Shown here: one piece after another, positions 1 to 13,189 of the stretch
Position numbering within the stretch: position 1 is the stretch's first letter
Layout of the letters: each line of letters starts with the position of its first letter
Source of the DNA: Octopus vulgaris
Taxonomy: Eukaryota
Direction: 5' to 3'
Assembly: GCA_951406725.2 (NCBI GenBank)
Contig: OX597823.1
Span: 4,030,001 to 4,094,000 of the forward strand
DNA length: 64,000 nt
Notes under the pieces: model-generated
Told to the model about the DNA's origin: nothing
Databases searched by the model: none
Seen by the model: only the letters and a program-made list of their open reading frames with translations
Program-made: the position numbers and the translations under genes

Positions 1-129
1 TATCGAAATAGGTAGCCATTTTGTTGTAATATTGTTTCTCTCTTAATGGTGCAAAAGTGAGCTCTGTCCAATAAAAGGGCAGGTTTCCCAGTTGGCTGGT
101 GCAGGGGTTCTGAAAGCGAGAAATATGTT

Positions 130-939
130 GTGAGTGGGTATCTGCATATGTTTGGTGTGTGTGTTTGTGCATGTGTTTGGCATCTGTGTATATGCATGCA
201 TGTTGTGTGTATGCAAATGCAGTGCATGTGCAGTGGGTGGATGTGCATGCATGTGCATATGTGGTTGCGTGCATTTGTGTATGTACCATTTATACATACA
301 TACACACACACACACCTAACATTGACCTCAATTACATATTTACCCTTCATCAAAGATTCCCTTTTGTTCAAAGACTCCAAAGTGGAAACCCAGTTTAAAC
401 AATACTATTTTTATGACCCTTTCCTAACCCTTTCACCGTTAACAAGACAGAATTCCCCACCAGCTTGGCCCTTCTTCACGAAAATCAGTCGGGTTGTTTC
501 TTTATTGATTAGTATTACTGTGAAGGAGGATTATTAGGAAAATAGTAATACTAACACTACTAATCAATAAGCAATAAGTCAGCTCTTGTGACCGAGCAGG
601 ACATTGTATGATTGGCTGGCGTATTTTGATGTGTGTGTGTGTGTGCTTGTTGCTGTGTGCGTGCGCATATGTTTGTTATTGTGTGTGTATGTGTGTGCTT
701 GTTATTTTGTGTGTTGTGTGTATGTGTGCTTGTTGCTGTGTGCATGCGCACGTTTGTTATTGTGTATGTGTGTGTATTTGTTAATGTTGTTTGTATTTGT
801 TATTGTGTGTGTGTTCATGTAATGTGAGTGAGAAAGTCGTGTAAATAAGTTCATGTGCTTGAGAGTATGTAAGAGAAAACCTGTTCGTGTGTAGAAGTGT
901 TTGAAGTAATGTATATCATTCCATGTGTTCTTAAGAGGT

Positions 940-978
<39 letters not shown>
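130..978. repeat. Degenerate (TG)n-rich low-complexity tracts and a (TG)n microsatellite
   Basis: TGTG/TGCA/TGTT variant arrays at about 130-315 and 620-830, pure (TG)n at about 942-978. These explain the C/V/H/T-rich ORFs. Confidence 0.85.
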
Positions 979-979
<1 letters not shown>

Positions 980-2254
980 ATTGGTCATGTGACAGACACC
1001 ATGACACTCTACCTTTTAACAAATGTGGTCATGGTGGGAGAAAATCCTGGTAAAAGAAGTAGAATAGGAAAATATTAAATGGAATGGTTAAACTAGATTG
1101 AAGAATGGATAAGGAGGGGGGAAAGCAGCACAGAAAATTGGTCAGAGACCAGGGCAGATGGAGAAGTAGAGTTGGTTGTGTTTCTTTTGCTCTGTACACA
1201 CAAACCTGTCTGAATTATAGAATTGGGTTGATTGATGATGTGTGGCTGAATCAGACCATTGCAAATGGTCATTAACAAAAAATTATTTTAAAACTGTTTG
1301 ATTCCATTCCATCTGAGACCACCCAGCCTTTCAGCATTCACATTATTCTATCAAAAGTAATGCTCATTTATTCACATTGTTTTGCATGAATCATGTGTTC
1401 TTGTAGCTTTGAGATTTTGATGAGGCAATTGTTAATTTTTGGAATGATATTGTAGGGTTGTGTGAGAGGCCAGATCTAGTCAGTTTAAGCATAAAACTGT
1501 GAGAATATTTTTGCAGGGTGGGGCCAGTATAAATACTAAGGGTTAAATGAATCCTTCCTTCAAAATTTCATTTCCAATTTATGTTCCAAACGCTAGCAAA
1601 ATTGTGACAGTTATTTTGCTAAATCTTCATTATTTTCAAAATTAATTGAAACAAACACAATGTATTTCAACAGAAATATGGTACCAGAAGGGTTAAATAG
1701 CAAATTTAACTCTCCTCTCTTCCTGCTTTCATACGTAATATTCTAAGATGTAATTTTTTTCATATTTCATTGACGAGAGGACTGAACAAAAGCAAAAACA
1801 GTCACTTGTTGGTTATCATCAACAATACACAGATACATGCATTGTACTTTCTTCATTTTTGTTCATACATATGAACACAATACATACATATATGCATACC
1901 CTTACACATTCACATACACACTGTGCTTCAAACACACACACACACACACACACATGTATACAGGATCATGAATACACATATGTACTCATGTCAATACACA
2001 GGGGCACACACACTCATACCTGTGATCTGGCATTTGGCTACATTCACACAATCAATAACCTTCATATTTAGTTGATATCTCAATTGGTAAACATTTCAGG
2101 TACCAAGGCCCCATCATTGGGAGGGAATGGCTAGGAATGTTTATGTAGATCCTGCCATCCATTTATGTATATATGGTGATTTAATAAGAGTTTTGACTGT
2201 TATTTCAAGCAGGTTGACATACCTAGTATGTCCTTTGATTAATTTTATATATAT

Positions 2255-2605
2255 ATGTTCTTTTACTGGTTTGTCATTTGGCTGTGGCCATGCTGGAGCA
2301 TCACCTTAAAGCGTTTTTAAAAAAATCGACCCCAGGACTTGCTCTTGGTAAGCCTAGTACTTATTCTATGGGTCTCTTTTGCCGAACCGCTAAGTTATGA
2401 GGGACATAAACATAAACGCTAAGTTACGGGGGTCAAGCGATGGTGGGGGGGGGACAAACATAGACATAAAAACACACACACGATGGGCTTCTTTCACTTT
2501 TCGTCTTCCATATCCACCCACATGGCTTTGGTTGGCCTGAGACTTAGTAAAAGACACTTGCCCAATGTGCCACGCAGTGGGACTGAACCCGGAACCATGT
2601 GGCTT
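2255..2605 (-). mobile_element. Composite tRNA-derived SINE (family B), 5'-truncated
   Basis: Same modules as 35645-35997: ...ggccatgctggagc... and ...acacttgcccaa...cagtgggactgaacccggaaccatgtgg. Confidence 0.75.
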
Positions 2606-5600
2606 CTTATCATATACATACACTAACACATGTATGCATATATATATATACACATACACACATACATACATGTGTGTGTGTATGCATACAAGTGTTGGAT
2701 CAGTTGAATGTCCCACTGTTAAACCACTTCCCTGAAGATGTTGTACCCAGTTTCTGTTGTATCAAATTAAGGCCAGAGCTGTGTTGGATCCGTGATTTGT
2801 GTTGATCAACAGACTCACATTCAACAATCTGTTTATTCTTTGTTGATTTTCTAAAATTCCAACTACAAACTCAATGCCATGTCTGCTTTTCTCAATACCA
2901 GCAACAATTGCCATAGAATATGTATGTGTGTGTGTGTGTATACATACACACACATGCATGTATATGTATAGTTAACAAATGAGACCGAAATTGTGTGCAT
3001 AGACTTGATGTATTGGCCCAGTGCCAGCTAATTTCATGCTTGTGTGTGTAGGTATGTACTACCTGGTCGCCTAGTCTAAAGTAGGTTAGGTAGTACTACT
3101 ACAGAAAACCCCTCCCCCACTACTACCACCACCACCACTACTACTCTGATGGCTTTCCCAAGCAATCACCCATCTTGCTACCTGCCTTAACTTTAAAACA
3201 ATTTGGCAGGAGGAACTGACGTGTTTTTAGCACCAGTTGCCGTAGCTAGTTACCATGTTATTTAAGGCATAGTTTGAGAGGAATGTTCCACCCGCATTAT
3301 TGGTTGTGGGGGTGGAGAGTAATTAATGGTAGAGGACTAAACCAGAATAGAATTTCATGATGTATTGTGTTTGGGAGATATTTGGGTTAAGTTGTAAAGC
3401 AGAGCAGTCACCAACAGGAAGAGATCTCGTGAATTAGCTCTTCACTTGTAAGTCTGATGATGATGGAGCCAGTTGTTATCACTGGAACATTAACTAGAAT
3501 AAAGCAAGTTATAAAAGATGGATGGTGTGTGTGAGAGACTTGTACTTGTGATGAGGGATACTGTTTCTCAACAACAGCCTTAGGCATTTTGTTCTTGTGC
3601 TGAAAGTGCTTTGATATTTCGAAGTAGACATGGCAGACTCTGTGTGGTGAGAAGCTTGCTTCACAACCTTGTGGTTTTGGGTTCAGTCCCACTGCACAGC
3701 GGCCAAGTGGTTAGGGTATTTGGCTCATGATCACAAGGTCATGAGTTTCCTTGGGCAAGACACATTTTCATTATTGCTCCAGAGCCCTCAGCAGGCAAAA
3801 ATGAGTTGTACCCACATTTCAAAGGGCCAGCCTGGTCACATTCTGTTTCAACTGAGTTTTCCTGAGAACCCCATTAAGGGCACACTTGTCTATGAAGTGC
3901 TCCTCAACTTGCACATTAATTTCACAAGTCATAAGCAGGCTGTTCCGTTTATTAGATCAATTGGAACCCTTGGCATTGTAACCAATGGAGTGCTAGTTAT
4001 ATACACACATATATATTATGTGTATGTATGTAAAATAATGTTGTCATCATCATGATTGTGTTAACGTCCAATTTCCAAACCTGTATGAGTTATATGCTAT
4101 TCATTGAAGCAGGTTTTTGTATGGCCAGATTCCTTCCTGTTGCCAATCACACTTTTTTCCAAGCAAGGTAATATTTCCCCATGGCCAGACTTGTTTTCAC
4201 GCAAGATTAGAAATGAAGGCCACTGCTTGTATGACAGTGGCACTCGTTTACAACTTTCATGTGATGTTAAGAGACAGTAACACACACACACGGCTTCTCT
4301 CACTTTCCATCCACCACATCCACTCGAAAGGCTTTGGTCATTCTTGGGCTATAGAAGAAGATACCTACCCAAGATGCTACTCAGTTGGATTGAACCTGCA
4401 ACCACATTGTTTGGAAGCAAACTTCTTAACCACACAGCCATGTCTGCTTGTAAGCTATTTAAAGTAATGGCATTAACTTATTTTATTGGTTATTGCTGGT
4501 ATTAATCTCCTAAACATATTTTACTCTATTTATTCTCTTATCAATTATTAAGAGACTAAACAAGAGAAGACGACCTTTGACAGTAAAAGATTTTCATTTT
4601 TGCATCTTTCAGCTTTTTCACATGAATTACATTTTGCTTTGCCTCCAACTAAAAACTGTTTAGTCCAGCAGGTAGCTTTTTTATAACACCCAGGAAAAAT
4701 AATTATTATAAATAAGGTCACCCGACTACAGCCTACAATTATTCACTTAGTTTAAAATTCATTTCATTTGATGTAAGCCTTCAATTTGATTCATTACAAG
4801 ACAATGACTGCTGCTAATTCCTTAATGATCATTAATACAGTTAAATGAAATTGTTTTAATTAATCTGGGTCTTTTTTCTCTTTATTAAACGATAGGAACA
4901 TAGGTGGGCCTGATTGGTTTGAAAATCTGGGAAAATATTTATGAACAGCTGAGCTTCTGATGTTTGGCAAGGGTTTTCAAGTCAACTGGAACATTCTAAG
5001 GAGGGAATCTCTTCATGGTGGTCTCTCAACCTGCAAGTCATAGATGCTAAATCTCCCTAAAAGTCAAGCATACACTAGACGATGTACTCTCAGATATACT
5101 GTCTCTGACAATACAAAAAAAAAATAAGACACTGGTGCAGACATAGCTGTGTGGTTAAAGAATTTGCTTTCCGACCATGTAGTTCCTGGTTCAATCTTAC
5201 TACCAGGCACTTTGGGTGTCTTCTACTATAGCTACAGACTGACCAAAGCCTATAAGTAGACTTGGTAGAAACTAAATAAAGCTTGTCTCGTGTGTGTGTC
5301 TCCCTCCCTCCCTCATCTTTGCGTGTGTTTTCTGGTCATAAACAATGACCTCACTGACTGTCCTTTGTGAAAGCATGTCCACATTCCTAGGCATGTTGCT
5401 TAATCTCTGTAAACAAAAGGCTCATTTATAGGGTGTCATTTGTTTCTAGTTCTCCATGTAACCATGTCCGAACTGCTGTTCAGTTGACTGGAAGATTATT
5501 ACCTCAGGTGGAGGTTGACATCAGGAAGGGCATCCAACCATAGAAAACTCTGCCCCAAGTACTCTTTACTGATTTATGTAAGTTAAGAAAAGTGAATGTT

Positions 5601-6184
5601 GAAACAATAATGATTATCTTACTCTCTAACTCATTCTCCTTTTTTTCCCCATCTGGAGTATCCATGTATCTACTCTGCATCAAGACACTTATCTCTGGTC
5701 CTCTATACCTTTTAATCTCTCAGCTGATACAAAGCCTTCTCTTCCCTCCCAGTTGAGGGTTTTTCGTCTTGCAATGTACTTGGTGACCTGCCAGTACTGG
5801 CACTGGTGCCACAGGAAAAGTTCTGGTACTGGTACCACGTGAAAAAGTACTCGGTACACTCTGTAAAGTGGTTGGCATTAGGAAAGGTATCCACCTGTAG
5901 AAACCATACCAAGACGCTATGGAACCTTGTGCAGCTCCCAGCCTTGCCAGATCCTGATAGCACAGGGAAAGAATATTAAATGATAACGAATAATTAGTTT
6001 ATTTTCTACAGTGATCAGGTGCACTTCAACTCATTGGAAAAGGGTAAGAAAGGGGACAGAAAGCAGTAGTAAGTCATGTAAAGAAAGATAGCAATGAATG
6101 TTGGGAGTAGATGCACAGTTCACAGAATAAAACACAAAAGACAGAAAAGTGAACAGTAAAAGAGCCATGAAGAGGTGAGGGTGG

Positions 6185-6600
6185 TTAGGCATGCTGGGAG
6201 TAGTTTTGGGAAGAATGGAAGGATTCAGTGTCTTGACAGGTTAACAACTGATGTGGGTAGTTTTTCATGTTTTGGCTGTTCTGAGAATGAAACAAGTGTT
6301 TCTGAAAGTCACGAGTGCTGTGCTGTTTGATGATTTTATTGGTATGTCTCATGGGTGGAAGATATATTGAATTCTAAAAAGGTGGCCAAAGTTGTTGGAA
6401 AATATGGTGGATAATCTTGTAGGCTTCTTCCAAGACAGCCGTTATATGTCAGAACTTGTGTCTGCCAATGCCTGAAGAAACAAGATGTTCAAAATGTGGT
6501 AAGTGACTGAAAGGGGTTGGTCATTTAGTTGTACATGTCTTGTGTTAAAATATTTAATGTAAGGAACATTTGAAGTACACAGCTAAGGACCACTGCAGGC
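6185..6600 (-). mobile_element. Decayed 3' end of a CR1-like LINE
   Basis: Minus strand gives KQHSTRDFQKH...LPTSVV, typical of the CR1 ORF2 C-terminus. A second copy of the same sequence lies at about 40095-40385. Confidence 0.55.
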
Positions 6601-6738
6601 AGTTTAGTCTTTAACGACCCCTGAGTGTGAAAAAACGTTTTGTTCATTGTATTGAAATTAGGAAGTACTTGTGATTTAGGCTTTCAGCAAAACAGCATTA
6701 AATTGTTGAAAATGTTAAATTTTGAAAATTTCCTAAAC

Positions 6739-6871
6739 AGCATCCAGCTGTAGAAACTCTGCCAGATCAAGATTGGAGCCTGGTGCAGCCATCTGGTTCG
6801 CCAGTCCTCAGTCAAACCGTCCAACCCATGCTAGCATGGAAAGCGGATGTTAAACGACAATGATGATGATG
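6739..6871 (+). mobile_element. RTE-tail short element ending in (GAT)n
   Basis: gcatccagctgtagaaactctgccagatc...ccaacccatgctagcatggaaagcggatgttaaacgacaatgatgatg. Near-identical copy at 10245-10414 and many others on both strands. Confidence 0.75.
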
Positions 6872-7151
6872 AGAGATTTGACTGAGGGACAATTCTGTGG
6901 TGATTACACCTTATTATTTGAATGAGAAATTAAAATATGCAAACATAGAAAACTGTATAAATAGTAATAATAAGGCTACATTTCTTTTTCTTTTTTAGTT
7001 TTAAGGCTTCATATTTCTGACTGCAAATCCTGCTGCTCTTGCTTTTTTGCCTTTCAGCATTGCAATGTTGATAAAATAACTGCTAGGATTATTATACAAA
7101 GGTCAACCCACTTAAGCCTGTTCCTTCTTTGGAATACATTGACCTTAAGTC

Positions 7152-7213
<62 letters not shown>

Positions 7214-10200
7214 GTGGCGGCATGTAACTGGAATCTCTATGTAGGTTGACATTAGTGTTGACTAATGTTGATAGCCTCAGCTATGATTCTAAATAACTCC
7301 TATGCTTAAGGCCAGGATCTGGTTAGGTTGTCTGTCACAAGATAATGAACTTTTCAGGCTGTTTTGAGAGGGAGATGAGTCAGAAAAAGAATTAGGTTGT
7401 GTTGCATCATACACTTCATATGTTTATGTGCGTATTCTCACATGCTTATGTTTTTATATAAAGGATGATCCTTATTATTTTCTGTGGTGAGGGTCATGAC
7501 TCATTACTGTACAAGGTTTTGTGGTGCAAAACTGTTGTAGTCGATAACTTACAGATTGTTTCACTTCTGTGATTAATCACTCAATTTTTATTTTCTCTCA
7601 TTCGTTTAGATTGTGGAAGTATTTCTTTGTTCTGCCAGGGCTGAATAAGCGGTAGAGCTAGGCACTGGCCAAAGGTTTTCATCATTTTATTATAACAACA
7701 ATTTTCATTCCTGCAAGTAAATTGTTGTTACAACGAGCTGTGTCATTAGTTTCTCAGATTAAATATCATAAAAGTTAGCCCAGGTATGGGTGTCAGATTT
7801 AAACCTTCAATAAAACTGACCACAATTAATTGAGTCATTAGAGATTAAATATCGTTAAAAGTTATTGTTTAGGCATGCTTAGTCATGAGCGTGTTAATCT
7901 AATCTCCTCCGTGACACACTTATTCTGTCAATGGTAACTTAATACTCAATCAAACCTACCACCTACTCTAAGTGAATAGGTGCTACAAGGAGAGAGAAAC
8001 AACTCGATGCTGTTAACAACAAGAGGACCCTGCACTTTTTGAGGGTTTCATTTGTGTGCAGTTCTTGGTTTGCATTGCACTGTAATTTGGTGTCTTATCC
8101 TAGGAAAGCGAGAGTCTTGAAAATGTTTTCTAGGTGTAAACAGAAATACTGATGCTTTCCAAAAGTACTAAAAAAAAAAAGAAAATCTAAAAACATCCCA
8201 AAACATCCATTATCTACTGGAGGCCTAACGTTACATTCATTTTAGCACCCTCATTAGGTTCCTTTAACCCTTTTGTTATCATATTTCCGATGGAATACAC
8301 TGCTTTTGTTTCAATTAATTTTAAAATGCTGAAAAATTTAGTAAAATGACTTTGTCATTCTGAAGGTGGTATTTGGGACATTAACATGGAATTTTGATGG
8401 AAAGTTTTTAGGAAGTCTGTATCATAAAGCCAGAGGAAGCCTCAGCTGGGTTGGCATCAAAAGGTTTTATCATTGGTCTGAAGATATTGTTTGACAACAT
8501 TACTTTTACTAGTTCAGGGAAATCCTGCAAAGTTAAAGGCCTCTTCTCACTCTCCTCTTTTATTGGCCATGGAACCCACCCCATTCTATTAGTGAAGGAT
8601 TTCTCTACTTACCTTTGGATGAAGGTAATAGATTTTATAAACATTACTGTGTAGTTAAGATCATTTCTCAATCATGTGGTTTCCGTTTCATTCCCAGTGT
8701 GTGGCACTTTGGGAAGTGTCTTCTACTACAGCTCTGGGTCAACCAAAACTTTGTGTGTGGACCTTAGTTGACAGAAACTGAAAGCAGCCCATCGTATATG
8801 CATGTCTACACGTGTGTGTTTGTGTGAGTGAACTTATATTTTGCAAGTCTAAATGTGTTCGTTTGCTGGTTTGCAAACTAAAACACTCATTTCAGTGCCC
8901 TCTGTTTATGGGTTCCCACATAAACCATGTCCTCAGCTGTTTGTTGTTTGATAGACGGGGATGTTATTACCTTATTTGGAAACAAATGGGGTTTGGCATC
9001 AAGAAAGGTATCCGGCCTTAGAAAGCTCTGCCCCAATATGCTTTCATCTGACCTATGCATGCATGGTAAAAATGGTCATTACATTGATGACAGCTATCAA
9101 ATTTATTGATCTTGCTTCTGTTGTGTCTTAAATATTTGAATTTCCTGATTTAAAGCTAAAAATGAGAATATCAATAAAACCTAGCTCAGAGTTAACTCTT
9201 AGATATTGCTGTTGTGTTTTTAAGTGAACATGAATTTTTCTTTAGCACAACATAGTGTCACAGCTGGTTCAGTGGCTTGGGTGTTGTCAGTCAATAGGAG
9301 AATGGTTGGTCTTGATCGATAGATTTGGTGTCTATGCTGCTGCTTAGTGTTTTTAGTACTCTGTTGGGATTATGTCCATTGTTAAGTTGTTTATTTAAAA
9401 AATTTATATCATCATCATCATTTAACATCCACTTTCCATGCTAGCATGGGTTATATATATACATGCATACATTACCTGGATTACTACTTCTAATTGCAAA
9501 TCTATGCTAAGATATACGTAGCTCACAACCAAAAGCTGTGTCACTACTGAACGAGTCTCTATATAGAAACCCATTATCAGATCATTGTGGAGTTCTCAAT
9601 ATGGTTGCTAAACCAGCTAAAAATTGCAACCAAATTTCCTCAATTATATCTATATAATTCTGTATAAATATCAGGAAAATAAGACCGTTTCATTGTTATA
9701 TATAATTACAGTTATTTTGAGTATAGATAATTAGATTAAATAGATTGTGTTATAAACTTGTATGATAATTATAAAAAAGTCTGTAATAAATGAGTTTGCT
9801 CTGAGTTTGTATTTGTAAATTATATTTTATTTATAATAAAATGATTATTATCTAAGAATTTATCAGTGGTACATTAAGTAGACAGAAATATATTTTTTTT
9901 GTACATAGCTCACCTTTGCAAGCTGTGCAAATACATGCTGTGCTGTCATAGCTCACCCCTGCAAGCTGTGTCTCATCAAATCAATGAGGTGACCTCTGTG
10001 TGATCTCTTGATCTGCTAGAAATTGCAGCCAAACCTCTTCAAATCACGCCTAACATTTTAAAAAGGTGAGTGGGGAAAAAGTACACGCTGGTTAATATTG
10101 TCATGGATGTATAGAAAGATGGGTTGCTTGTAAGTAGAATACCTTTCATCAGCTGTGGGCAAACTGTGGCCCATGGGACTTTCTGAATGGCATACCATCA

Positions 10201-10943
10201 GAATTCTTTTTGTAGAGCGGCCCACCTGATTATAAGTCATGTTTAAAAAGCACCCACTATACTCTCGGAGTGGTTGGCATTAGGAAGGGCATCCAGCTGT
10301 AGAAACTCTGCCAGATCAAGATTGGAGCCTGGTTCAGCTGTCTGGTTCACCAGCCACCAATCAAAATCGTCCAACCCATGCTAGCATGGAAAGCGGACGT
10401 TAAATGATGATGATGTTTCATGGGACCCTTTTCTAGAAAAAGGTTATCCATAATTACCATTGATCATATATCAACTTGATCAGGGCTTAGCAACAACATG
10501 GACACTGTATTACAACTAAAGGTCAAATCATTTCAAATTTAGATTGGGTGTAATTGAAGACAGATTGGTATTTTATATCCTATTTACCAGTGCTAAACTG
10601 TGTTGGTTGTCCATGATTCCACTTTATTCTATCTGGCTTATTCTAACTGTAAATAAGCACTTTGGTTAAGTACGATCCACCACTGAAAGCAATAATTCTA
10701 CTTGTATAGTGTTCAAGTCTAATTTGCCTTATATATATTGCATGCAGTCTTAAGTGATGCCCCATAAGACCCAGCAAGTTACAGAACTCACATTTGATCA
10801 TGTTTAGTATTCCCAAGGGATCAAGTAATTAGAAAAGTTACATACATGACTGAGCAAGGGGGAGACGTGAGGCACCTTTGATTAAATAAATGCTTTTGAT
10901 ACCAACTCCCTTGAGACCACTCATGCTTCTATGATACAAGCTT

Positions 10944-11680
10944 CATCATCATCATCGTCACCGTTTAACGTCTGCTTTCCATGCCAGCATGGGTTAGACA
11001 GTTTGACTGAGGGCTGGCGAGCCATGAGGCGACACCAGGCTCCAATCCGATCTGGCAATGTTTCTATAGCTGGATGCCTTTCCTAATGCCAGCCACTCTG
11101 AGAGTGTAGTGGGTGCTTTTTACATGCCACCAACATGAGGGCCAGTCAGGTGGCACTGGCATCAACCATGTTTGAATGGTGCTTTTTATGTGCCACCAGC
11201 ACAGGAGCCAGTCAGGTGGCACTGGCATCGACCATGCTCGAATGGTGCTTTTTATGTACCACCAGCACGGGTGCCAATCAGGCAGTACTGTCGTTGGCCA
11301 TGACAACTTCACTTGCCTCAACAGGTCTTCACAAGCACAGTTTATTGCCTAATGATTGAAGGGTGCTCTTAAATGGGCTGGTTATGCTGCACTGGCATAG
11401 GCTATGGTTAGTCTCACTTGGCTCGCCAGGTCTTCTCAAGCACAACATATCTCCATAGGTCACTTGTCATTGCCTTGGTGAGGCCCAACGTTTGAAGGTC
11501 ATGCTTCAACACCTCATCCCAGGTCTTCATGTGTCAATCTCTTCCACAGGTTCCCTCTACTGCTAGGATGTAACACTTCTTCACTCAGCGGTCCTCATCT
11601 ACATGCAACACATGACCATTCCAGTGCAGTTGTCTCTCTTGCACACCACATCTGATGCTTGTTATGTACACTCTTTTTCA
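10944..11680 (-). mobile_element. RTE LINE 3' fragment with about 63-bp tandem repeats in the 3' UTR and a (GAT)n tail
   Basis: 11440-11680 is homologous to the RTE C-terminus at about 18190-18430. Repeated ggcactggcatc...gaatggtgctttttatgtg units at 11135-11290. Tail shared with the RTE-tail elements. Confidence 0.7.
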
Positions 11681-11919
11681 AATTAAAATAGTCCATAAAA
11701 ACTTTGTTAAAGTTTGTTTCAAACACAAGTTGTCTAAATTCTTCATTATTGGGGAAATGGTTGTGTATATCCACAGAAATATGGCTATAAAAAGGTTAAT
11801 GAGGACAGTTATTATACTAGATTCTTGATTTTTGTTTCAAAATTAATTGAAACAAAGGCAGCGTATTTTAACAAAAATATGCTAACAAAAGGGTTTAAAA
11901 TATTTCATTGAAGTCAAGA

Positions 11920-12341
11920 AGTAGCCTTGGATTGACCATTAAGCAAAATAGTACATGCTTAGGACATCAAGGGAAAGAGGGAACCCCAGAAATGGTAAAT
12001 GGTTTATGTCACAAAATAAATCACTTTAATCTTGCTAAGAAAATATCGGAAGTAGTTTATATGATGGGAAAGATAATTTCGAAATGTTCGTGGCATCATC
12101 ATGGTGAGGATCTGATCAAAGGCTTTGCAATTAAAGAAAGTAGAAAACTTGTCAAATATAAATAATGTGGAAGTATACAAAAATAAACGTTATTTTCCAT
12201 CTTTTGTTAGTTTTGTTTCATTTTGAAAAATAAAAATGTATTTTATGATTTATTATTGTTTATATTTTGAATTAGGCATATATGGGGGGCAGCAAAATCT
12301 TTTAAGTGCTTAGGGCCTCTTTGGGTCTTAATCTGTCCCTG
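11920..12341 (+). mobile_element. hAT-like non-autonomous DNA transposon (diverged copy of 58533-58964)
   Basis: Collinear similarity to 58533-58964 (aagcaaaata...cttagg-catcaaggga...aaatcttttaagtgcttagggcct...ccctg). Confidence 0.6.
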
Positions 12342-13157
12342 AGTCCAACAGAAAACAAGATGATTGCTCTTATCTGGTACATCTTTGTTCATAGGTTTGT
12401 TAGATCATCCCTGGGCCCATGGTTTAGACAACATCAGTAATAATGCATCATCTAATTGGCAGCCTGTTGTCATTTTTTGAAATTAAAAGAACTGGCTATG
12501 TTTAGTTGCTTTTTTTTTTGTTTGTTTTAAATAAAAAAATAATTTGCTTCTTGATCATCTTCTATATATCCTGTTTGGAATCCCTGGTAAAGTGGCGCCT
12601 GATTTCTTTCTAACGTGTTCTCAGTGGCATCTCTGTAAGAGACCAATTACAGGAAGCGCGGACTTTACAACAGCAAAACCATCAAAGTAATGTTTTTTCT
12701 ACTTTCATTACACTGGAAATATATTTTGACTACACTCACCCCCACCACGGACATTACAGATGCATATGTTTGTGTAAGTGTAAAATACATATACGTACGT
12801 GTGTGTAATACACACACACATAGTATATATGTGTGTAAGCTTATATATTTGTGTATATGTCTGTGTGTGTGTATATATTTTCATTCATACACACACACGC
12901 ATATCTTCACACTGTTTTACTACTTTTATATATTTTGTAATTATGATGGGAAGGAACCAGTTTTCTTTGTTTACAAGATTGTAGCAGTGTTTAGATAATT
13001 CATGGATGATCTTCCTGTATTTGTAGTTACTGGGTTTTTATTGCCAGATTGAACCAATCTTTTACCAGGTTTAGCATATGTTTTCCATAGCTGTGAAGGA
13101 AAATAATTTTAAACTGATCCAATATAGAACATATGTCTGTCTGTGTGTGTGTGTATG

Positions 13158-13189
<32 letters not shown>

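Noticed and set aside
43-827. Cys/Val/His-rich ORFs resembling metallothionein-like proteins
   Set aside because: Translations of degenerate (TG)n tracts, open in several frames.
11135-11290. Regularly spaced repeats superficially like a CRISPR array
   Set aside because: Whole units are repeated with no unique spacers. They lie within an RTE 3' UTR in eukaryotic DNA, and no cas genes are present.
12711-12725. CACTGGAAATATATT (HWKYI), resembling the Shot/plectin microexon peptide
   Set aside because: Preceded by ...catta, with no AG acceptor, and no GT donor at a frame-preserving distance. The 24314 candidate has both splice sites.
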